From Schizochytrium sp. TIO01 (lineage: Eukaryota > Protista > Bigyra: Labyrinthulomycetes): DNA of 64,000 nucleotides. The notes below the pieces were generated by a model. It made no database searches and was not told the origin of the DNA. It saw nothing but the letters and a program-made list of their open reading frames with translations. Numbering within the stretch: the stretch's first letter is position 1; each line of letters begins with the position of its first letter. The stretch covers positions 1,193,859 to 1,257,858 of the forward strand of contig SMSO01000006.1 in NCBI GenBank assembly GCA_004764695.1, in the 5' to 3' direction. Of this stretch, positions 61,401 through 64,000 are shown piece by piece. The translations under genes and the position numbers were made by a program.

Positions 61401-64000
61401 CGTACTAGGCTTGGTTTGCCTGCTCGAAGTGAGTTGACAGATGCTTCTCGTACAGAGCTTGCTGGCAAGTCTGTAACTATTGAAACTTTGAGCAACGGTT
61501 CTGTAGAAAGCAAAGCAGTGACTTGGGCTTCATGGCTCGATCTTGTCGAAACGTATTTTGAAATGTCTGATTTCAACCGCACTTTTGTGGGCGATCGGGA
61601 CTGCATGGGCCTCTTGTTTGTCATCCTCGGCGTTGATATTACTGGACTTTCGGAGGAAGCTCGAGCCCGTATTGAGCCCTCTCAACAGGCTCTTCAGGAC
61701 CCAGATGGGGCCTTGTTCAATGCTTTATGCAAGCATTTTGCGAATGTCAAGGGCACTTCAGCAATTGAGTGTCGCAAGTGGGCTGTGCAAAATGGAGTAT
61801 TGGACCGTGCATTACTGCGTATTGGACGTATTCAAGCTGAAGACCCTCGTGACCCATTACGAGCAGTTCGATTTGAGGATCCGTTTACAGCTCGTATTCC
61901 AGATGGGGACCGAAAGTCGTCAATGGACGATTCTGATTGTTCCAGCAGGCCTGCAGACCAAACGGCAGAAACTCCGTCTTCTTCAAGTGCATATCTCCAA
62001 AAGAACGTAATCTCTGTGTTGAAAGAAGGGTCCAAGATGAAAACTTCATCATCCAAGTCCAGTAGCTCTCTGAATACTGCTAACGCTGCTCCCGGAGGTA
62101 GTGGTAGTAGTGGTGGTGGTGGAAAAGACAGCGATAAAACATTATGGACACCAGGCTATGGTCATGGGAGTGTGGACACGTCTATCTCGGATCGAATGAG
62201 GGAGAAGCAACAACAGGAAAAAACAGAGCGAACTCTTGCTACAATGAATGTCCTGACGAGCTTCTTGAATATGACTCCGACAACTGCGGCAAACCTCGGC
62301 GATGAGGTATGGAATGAAGTTTTGGATATTCTTGAATCGTCTTGTTTGCTTCGTGTACTTATGTCGTTTTTATTTGGTAACACCATCAAGGTTGTCTTAG
62401 ATAATGTGATGCTCTATCGGGCTCTTCTTCGTTTGGTCTATGTGATGGCCAAACATCCGTCATTAGGTAGAGTTTTATGTCCTGTGGATGGTATCTACCG
62501 TTCTATAGAACAACTGATGGAGGAATTAGAGGATCTGATTGACGATTTAAGTGAAGAGGATGAAGCTGAAGAGGGCGTTCTCTTGCAAGAAGAGACAGAC
62601 ATCGCCAAGGCGAATTGGAATGACTGTTCCAATTCTGATGGAGCATCTGCTACTAACTTGGCTGTTGGTCCGGGAGAAGGGGTCGGGAACATAACTCCTC
62701 CCGCGACTGTCAAGAACTCTTCAAGTACTACTCCTACGAGAGCAAATGTGTCAGATCATCCACCCTTGGCCGATCTTAATGAGCTTGCATTTAAGGATTT
62801 GGCTCGTGTTGTGGCAGGGACTGTTAAAGAGGGTGCGCACAAGTATCAAGAGGCCCAGCGAGCAGAGGAAGAGCGCAAACGGGTTGAACTGGAGAAGCTT
62901 GCTGCAGAAGCTGCATCTTCTGCTGAAGGGTTAGAGACCCAAGATCAGCCAAAGAATAGCTCCACTGATAACGCTGCTGGTGATGGAGGTGAGGTAAACT
63001 TGGACGAAGAGGAAACCAAGTTCATGCAGAATCTTCACCAAATGTATGAGACTGCGCTTCGACCTGAACTTTTTGGCAATCGGGATATGAGTGATGAAGA
63101 TGGCAGGTATAACCATCATTATCGTACCCAAATTGAGGACGATATCAAGGGTAAAGTGAGCCAGACACGGATGCGGCGCCTGAACCGCGAATTGAAAGCT
63201 CTTCGGAAATCACTTCCGTTACATTTTAACTCATCTATTGCTCTTCGGGTAGATTCAAAGCGACCATTCGTTGCGCAGTGTGTGATATTCGCCCCAGACA
63301 ATACGCCTTACGATAGTGGTTGCTTTCAGTTTGATATTTACTTTCCTCCAGAGTATCCTTCGGAGCCACCTAAGATGAACCTCATGACGACTGGCAGTGG
63401 ACAGGTTAGGTTCAATCCAAACTTATACAACAATGGAAAAGTGTGCTTGTCACTTCTTGGCACCTGGCGGGGAGGTGCAACTGGCAGTGAAAATTGGACA
63501 AAGAACTCGTCTCTCTGGCAAGTTCTTGTCTCAATTCAAAGTGCTATTCTGGGATCGGAGTTTCCGTACTTTAATGAGCCTGGTGTCGAATCGCAATGGG
63601 GGACTGACCAAGGTGAGCTACAGAAAAGGGTTCACTCGAATGGTGGCTACGAGCGCCTCCGTGTAGCTACAATACAGCATGCTATGATTGGACAAATGCG
63701 GAACCCTGCTCCTGGTTTTGAGACGCTTTTGCAGGAGCATTTCCGCTTGAAAAAACACCACATCCTTACAACTGTCGATCGTTGGGTTGAGGAGGCAAAG
63801 TCTTCAGATACAAAAGGGCACCTCAAGTCCATGACAAAGCTAGTCACTGAGCTTCGTGAAGAATTGGACAAGCTTCCAACGGAGGACGTCGATGAACTCT
63901 ATGATGAGCGCGAGGCTCGTTTGCAGCAGGCGCGAGCTAAAGAGCAGAAACAGCTGGAGCAGGCGCGGCTGCTTGAAGAGGAAAAAGCTGCTGCGTCCGC
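43500..64000 (+). CDS. BIRC6: Giant BIRC6/BRUCE-like E2/E3 ubiquitin-conjugating enzyme, 3'-partial, at least 6833 codons
   Basis: ATG 43500 follows an in-frame TGA at 43449. The same frame translated cleanly at every point I checked up to base 64000, and the ORF track lists no terminated ORF in this frame. BIR-like segment at ~44358-44620. BIRC6-type UBC at ~63160-63800: TPYDSGCFQFDIYFPPEYP...TTGSGQVRFNPNLYNNGKVCLSLLGTW...LWQVLVSIQS...PYFNEPG, with the catalytic Cys present. Confidence 0.88.
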   Translation, partial: MSSRDFAMAFEPLVEADGEADPQLILACGQRHIRLLDANNGDKLCDFELPRIGSDDANIDVQVVSLPATRQCFVAYANRVLPIPVPRSGESPVGFIIAMEGLLKALDMSNQTLLRNVDNDYAKPSARNSLQSLFLEASAASFLLECLVAQMRTPTTPLAYRARVRKCRLVEQLAAGLEQVQKEQEITSQSAKMRQWKSIVRLEVPQFSMLHICRTLQPVLEDSSSTALPAIISLMEQLHDLMILPSNFASFFVMSQTEDFNSQHGASTMAQLGMHLERERYYSLCTMHEDDARILSLRTDGSDVRLARLAAAGFFYQRGPTDRNGKFVHFESGVGISLTSALARRVVLSPSLEHALMAPTSRFVLQKITANVPIAESKGSSERIGLFSGQNVQEGNIKENPDKDSISLIRACQDPKTPVLATATYAGRIFLWTVTWNGLKKAFSFDATASVEVVRRSSASSPPVTTSAYLSSSRMMHSSSHSSGFSSPQVPGTRISKLFTGLHATAATPPQSHSFASGSDIYELPLAASTDAQQQSTKIYFPTEVGDEGKTLLASAWNQLSNRTVKDVCIFPKPRRSSKRYFRKHKTPKGQVPSKGFHGPQDLADSDVPNDPMYPSRSGMGSSSSKQLQWWQPYIVVEIQRGPYTGQVGYIIDASDIDPSTVTGHLQIWLHGFEEKLNISIADVKPKTPSIGDPIMVLSSSSGRKDVGKLVSTDGIKGYVKLRRRDTGAIARGRAPYLSLQRLMEADGGKLDKNAVTNRKCHMEKIFKLSPAAELGLEQQEMAVRNEGAAAECMLIVLIKHGEDGEKEGNALALFRRSNSYTELIQVLRLETPAEQVIVVPKNPMVHVVQGSTVSSYRLAFNSENLLVLDPRPLSRFKLPVGDSPLHMSLIHAPDLKFGCSGEDSVSLIPWPTTTATTRRLSVPTGTNVSLPTDTQSTSNPLSSSPLDKDRPLHESGEPGEQLSANENDVPIATSDSHKDPVSPSLSSLPLTNEQPKDVHSSTVVSSGTDDEEDDEDDEDDEDDDEDDDEDDDEDDEDEGLTSSNATPGSEDFHSSNSLVDNTAGTSGAGLASSVAPPLVPFSHSKNRFPSPKSAVAAMAEAPGSELRKVFSASTLTSEIAHMHPPSPRFKQVPSSSSYWLAALCNDGTLLLCPSNLPSTDAAAWKLSLNQNLTTDKPTSSSSSSISQPHHGFSRLSHVTLAKSFFCCSSSVDGELVCARFPAPQIVESDTFSDSAAKDWQIRALHNLETTYEQLQWEHLPFRAFPPQRGRQRIFAVGRSGSMLRWRVQGHLGANGLETDADADDDDEDVLIEGPQVGVSSSDAAAAEGSQMENLSDLAIESSPLLTDETSTAKDEVHTKKQILAKDVIRENKSALTWELELPEPSAVSRLFVHVDLQMRQTTSASPALMFQGNPRGCARVGLRPHLTEEGSYRFLTIEAWVRPDWGDASKSDMPKEQTNTVNDSSQQYIPIVYKSTMGSDGIALPQYELSVSKTGRALFKVWKDDDVVFSTSVLKGVGTSQPELRQGEWHHLAAIVGRSGLELYVDGDLYAASELTRVSIRPDADSNQSPAGSVPQAGPLPLKNGTSGTVAAASVSQSNMGSASSPAYRYGALCIGGDGESRSFRGYLRHVRLWAMSRTQEQVRDWMHHSVGPSVASGRVSAQMTTVNGATSSGIRKEDLRVQVDQDHGGVPRSKVESILSLGESVNLIGCWPCTETGGGGVLPVHQGTVDEASDAVLSDPKAASWVNVQVPLVDYKPSLALSASLVTLSGSNDVLLDRQPLEGCEVSFDLGAHVGTRLSITLYPSPSENLATVTGVSLSLKGRLSTSAARYREHLQAVDNRDLLWIPLTSLSAFWKLCVSGAFTRALVDIATNRRISYAGSDLPSHDNQGEPDNSSLENDLSGDGAISDSQEPVSESMRLGALRLLEYQLQAGVTRCLEFLDGATLERFMRTNFVDAPNSALGAEVAEQGGALLLHLLNACDTEQILTLRGMILDLALQVLGDASDHADTVEGVEQLTALIARCWPVKGTKLFDMAFTSVMEQLCSIGDELDNNRSAHHNMLRTFFTNFSRPLNEPFIPHGRGRGPLLTGDFAETSGSNADGSSGNGWRPFKAPKLAKTEIGSKVHKSQGAAIAAAVNNAANSNNYASLSEGSVAIHSKTSNSSLQVLDGGIEIDKRNKSSKASPKARQTAATISGSQPGDISDSSSVQIKFTNVLHSQKDSIMVLNLGNYCTITNLSAVPFIESLSPWMSGMLTVEAWRSRPPIAGERSLIKADGVEVELYAFSGSFTYDRDGTIGVKSHFPTVVPRNVMLYSGKWYYEVQLVKTSDGVAQIGWADAAFQGSDDDSTGTGDDEHSWAYDGHRQKKWNNGCHSWGNKWSDGFIVGCAADIDNRVLSFSLNGVWARPMGVAFKNINITGGLFPAITGERNFRCQVNFGQKPFVHSIPDGHRPVFDWIKQNKHIVESTGTGKPVTTAESFASQRVSPVVDLTGLSQSSISSDLYAHSQSAPMLSIGRFPGGGPGVGLPPGALNAFSGVSQSTSSSSGSSSTALRARTGVTLIRCAVRGGQTRQADLKDTRFIGQCEARYLRIVFSPHYVIPTIPAMVLYSRAPLPTFQDDISKKGISKLLGQAHGNGEEADVKTGALKPNETNTVLEQILKAHGNVDSSNMELLDHEDEDDDEDAEEDSEEDEEEEDEEEGEDVAAQSAHASAASHLLGQGGAQDDDDDISSYAKLKSFYNQGPSISTPQTTHTDGFEDLTEEDLELANLESQALGMEIAELSVGSSTGAGTGASLHWSKPSQLSIHEDDDSGKAQTKDPDDVKSTNTSSSSTNAANAQWLGTSSSKTQSTTEEDQIRQLKGLLAHKSGYSKDQIRQLKGLISSISISSKPKSSSLSSVSSVAAAAASAADTLSLLTSPKSTSSSSFASDLHAYKKKSFPSTATSNAQALLAHAMAKAATGGYSGSVSGSSSSSKRRSRQGGPDANVTVKLYVEGIRDAVPLVYALPDKLRSTYLMEHKSVAESNFVTTSNEVERARRNLELALERFSGSIGTATGGVWDGIDTSQMTWEAALQELGEDHPLYHAVAAVKTALLDGVLTKLGESEVTRERLDYLHSIIARVVEEERNAQMDRLLANKAATSLPSDTSSTRRFGDHAGEPLPSMVEPVPSFLESVELIRPSRQPTLRVSRWYRMVELLTSLLVRKFPDEMEDNILLMGSEITERRPFLSLPLLHKIFSHFCVHHTCSAEQIRVTGKLVRRGLRALSLYDETASATFVCDVLREHFSIPSIFLGISQAFPERPVFNLLKAIVEGPNATLAVQHLLALLDSVGSSSVNEVLDNFPLVSWTMVLLSHALESEARSLAERAMLPASALAGARAIHPNTVCAVCGATPIVGPRYHSVSLSDYDLCELCEGAGRYPDETHVFLKIPRPLPLPSTADQPRRLPVGPLLPGLRTMLPAEVEAQKQQHQSDIQNQQLEGHQHQSDANSMALDSKLAPTVSGQSGASDIMMTSSKVDADDDNDSSANVASSAGASMIGDLGLDKKHNAELTDSDSDVSDDAGKTTPMETVAGPVHEGTACDGCGMKPIVGIRFKCVNCDEYDLCARCESVQESRRSHFAMHAFVKLRAPLPDESDKTSEALIPEQSLVATLLHPSLYHKVRRAEQELEALTGSRQADAAGTVWLDSDGQSTSAPGSAGKSVSRMTPLSVDGEDPTLIKLARRRSHILNTTGRFGKPSVLNPFHAAALSASESSVLDSPPSRRIRGSRVFAGVHMEFGNAFLVDDDDDRTDDGNAPSSAEDNDALRIILGLITSPALLAPLQLELFLITAKVLEQIAARASTESVKSGFLEQSVFDDLLRRTANLSEPFVHASILRIIETLCSKPGNQSVRAALREKTIAVLSPPPQAPAFVLELLLIALGPTEGESDSLSNGSNVEPLNRATSELPAELKPHPLRRNASVPSDFLPGSGDDRRQRIHSPSVSGEPIRAVDHDAAPLEDLSPSSFLDAGHHQEEERLDSRSVAQILCVFQNSPLRSAPRARAWAFAFRILRKFCEPEAMLLGEGKARLDAAIQSVLTAGAAMVALLESDLVLLVRSLLVCSRGHVHVIFQKGLLDMLVDAFLVASPVNPRLYRRLVLALTESFTTDVDPASGLEEAPLISLVEAVSTAIGTEAHVSTEALAKPDLDLLREVLELVCAPLRKTDEQSDAAAHLRQALLDALTVSREGAPAPVHSLLEWLSDPPQSSENTRVARQRLSEMIVMLLSEVLGRENAAAAPLLEICVSALRDPHAGHPEPVAAVIYALISREAMATHLVLSRASLELGVGNPQDISEGLMLRSRPNNANDSSEEDSIVASRTRARIMASVSHSICQALSTPSGPGAAGGSSGIGSGSSQGALGSSGVSAGNLLARVLSRSQGNSSSRYPGIGYGSKITLPDCLMKRSGGQGAGPGAGPIPFDISSLCMVRQTSGHPSCGNAVQSASAEKVTARLAQLIGASNTSGNLSYGRLGFAMALQSSSSVLSSQKKNQIGLSTGVMGPKMSSLPSGVSKTTMGSGNEIKGSGSMSIALLGNATSKKTSSSKTSAGGSGSSSSKSKAHESSSESRGQAKPVQYVFGRGANEKWSITLELPCDSIVHALELDFHSDVTLGSSSSTSTSSHRPTELPSRIAVETGNAISRMSPSGITSNFPCKAQHDRSVGTATICLAAPVTARFVRIIVFPPPEADFVPSLAPKTLAETTGHSSSSNSTTKAATSLGGQFNIGGFSYGGSYGKDNGKLGNAHPSKTQQTLYTKPLPGDLIVRGPDWKWGVQDGGLGTRGKVLSITSWGGIPGKAVRVKWPSGAINAYRWGYVEHGEAKYDLMHVPKKEPSRQRVVILARLGLYCTTLQPSQARSGLMSVNQRSLALFLELCATACRNFSAVQMELAHSPAAAQLATSLTDYIPGPQTSRHARAIIGMLARHNSELASSLLRNMLGPAHSLTPAHAALAAELCTMRDEGIQGRIRLLWNFVSSSLQRGEQSPMLLPFFQALALAVEQYSISHGGDCLHATSERLSFIFDTSSNASMSDSSSNKDTSLQGFAQAAPEELVSLLIHLARSATASAPAEQAALTLLCSLVRCDSTLRKITMKNLEIMADDVISTIEDGKEFLQQTQAFWGQSGGDDEDLESVGSARSKGSQDGSEPRIGSSGSVGYNKWRGPCSTDIANAQSSLKILGMVCSCHPELVHMCQTVLTRLAAQIVPTMEVVHAVERGDVDSMISSLTSTRGEDSSSSTGGRLASPKRSGVPSTPSGTNHSQGVAIEIEQLLRGEGATGSLLDTPPSTPRGRSLPGSRSRIGLGARRLQGTSNRASFNSRKRVCESLRLLLQKTLGALSDAAKTEVVKSQLGDMGLLEELLNQLIEFDRAKTIAQNERKHLDDLLNHSRVNGSGIVNSSNSNLGRNIALAAQGSSSSGLGHIASSRLSGLDPSSKLSSGDAADVVRLMQESLRDDASNESLALAAASQAALVRVCEAWNECHETALDLMRSCLNLHPGNQTRVADLLVRQIEDNSGSCNFIVKILSEVAVIIPKVVVSMWQPQSVVEEIVNGALIGGSTTTSGRASELEEVSFRLDPDNCGSTISVSDDGMSATQISFEKWGMVRADMEIPSSGVSTWDVSIDTSPKGHIFVGVATANSNLGSYLGNDKHGWGYIGNKGAWHNKHKVKTYGKDFRSGHVVTVVMDMDEGILSFAVNGEDQGIAFDDGLKGKQLFPAFALYQKNDCFTVTNCSMAKVKSSDSSRGALSSASSSGVTDLSMMGSSGDLTSRLRFHRSGPIYTLPASLTVTEMLQLGGISVSQESDENLSDEVKQSRAAATGASISAMSPGSMTSELSLESWDENKPRVIREAPPNNKWGVLVPEGVMLVDHLASFTLSSLVVETELIDLVRISELPDDVRVLDDSALMDLATRNTSRTTAKHSILHKVAEMGGLNKLARLARTRLGLPARSELTDASRTELAGKSVTIETLSNGSVESKAVTWASWLDLVETYFEMSDFNRTFVGDRDCMGLLFVILGVDITGLSEEARARIEPSQQALQDPDGALFNALCKHFANVKGTSAIECRKWAVQNGVLDRALLRIGRIQAEDPRDPLRAVRFEDPFTARIPDGDRKSSMDDSDCSSRPADQTAETPSSSSAYLQKNVISVLKEGSKMKTSSSKSSSSLNTANAAPGGSGSSGGGGKDSDKTLWTPGYGHGSVDTSISDRMREKQQQEKTERTLATMNVLTSFLNMTPTTAANLGDEVWNEVLDILESSCLLRVLMSFLFGNTIKVVLDNVMLYRALLRLVYVMAKHPSLGRVLCPVDGIYRSIEQLMEELEDLIDDLSEEDEAEEGVLLQEETDIAKANWNDCSNSDGASATNLAVGPGEGVGNITPPATVKNSSSTTPTRANVSDHPPLADLNELAFKDLARVVAGTVKEGAHKYQEAQRAEEERKRVELEKLAAEAASSAEGLETQDQPKNSSTDNAAGDGGEVNLDEEETKFMQNLHQMYETALRPELFGNRDMSDEDGRYNHHYRTQIEDDIKGKVSQTRMRRLNRELKALRKSLPLHFNSSIALRVDSKRPFVAQCVIFAPDNTPYDSGCFQFDIYFPPEYPSEPPKMNLMTTGSGQVRFNPNLYNNGKVCLSLLGTWRGGATGSENWTKNSSLWQVLVSIQSAILGSEFPYFNEPGVESQWGTDQGELQKRVHSNGGYERLRVATIQHAMIGQMRNPAPGFETLLQEHFRLKKHHILTTVDRWVEEAKSSDTKGHLKSMTKLVTELREELDKLPTEDVDELYDEREARLQQARAKEQKQLEQARLLEEEKAAAS
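46527..46617 (+). repeat. Coding GAY/GAR triplet run encoding a poly-Asp/Glu tract (a second one lies at ~51525-51610)
   Basis: Read directly; in frame with the giant ORF. Confidence 0.85.

Noticed and set aside
43576-63871. The many short ORFs listed across the right third of the window
   Set aside because: All are alternate-frame or antisense to the single giant ORF starting at 43500.

Overview
Gene-dense, intron-poor eukaryotic DNA, most likely from a thraustochytrid/labyrinthulomycete stramenopile. This is inferred from the gene set, the few GT-AG introns, the microsatellite-rich intergenic DNA and a CatSper-beta homologue. The two largest ORFs are missing from the supplied track because they run off the window edges. 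(1) At 1..2274 (-) is a stop-free piggyBac-like DDE transposase that carries a YqaJ/lambda-exonuclease domain, itself interrupted by a SAP motif; a candidate element end (palindromic subterminal repeats, GGG|ATAT) lies at about 2786. (2) At 43500..>64000 (+) is an apparently intronless ORF of at least 6833 codons, a giant BIRC6/BRUCE-like E2/E3 with a zinc-less pseudo-BIR, tandem KOW, LamG, two SPRY, two ZZ, MIB-HERC2 and UBC domains. Between them lie an APC polyamine/amino-acid permease, a myristoylated tandem-BSD protein, cyclophilin H, a PP2C, isovaleryl-CoA dehydrogenase, CTF8, Vma12/TMEM199, a tyrosinase with a transmembrane hairpin inside its CuB site, a FERM + Sfi1-like repeat protein head-to-head with CatSper-beta, CCDC61/Vfl3 (3 exons) and CNOT9 (2 exons). 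All domain calls come from manual translation and remembered motifs, not database searches.
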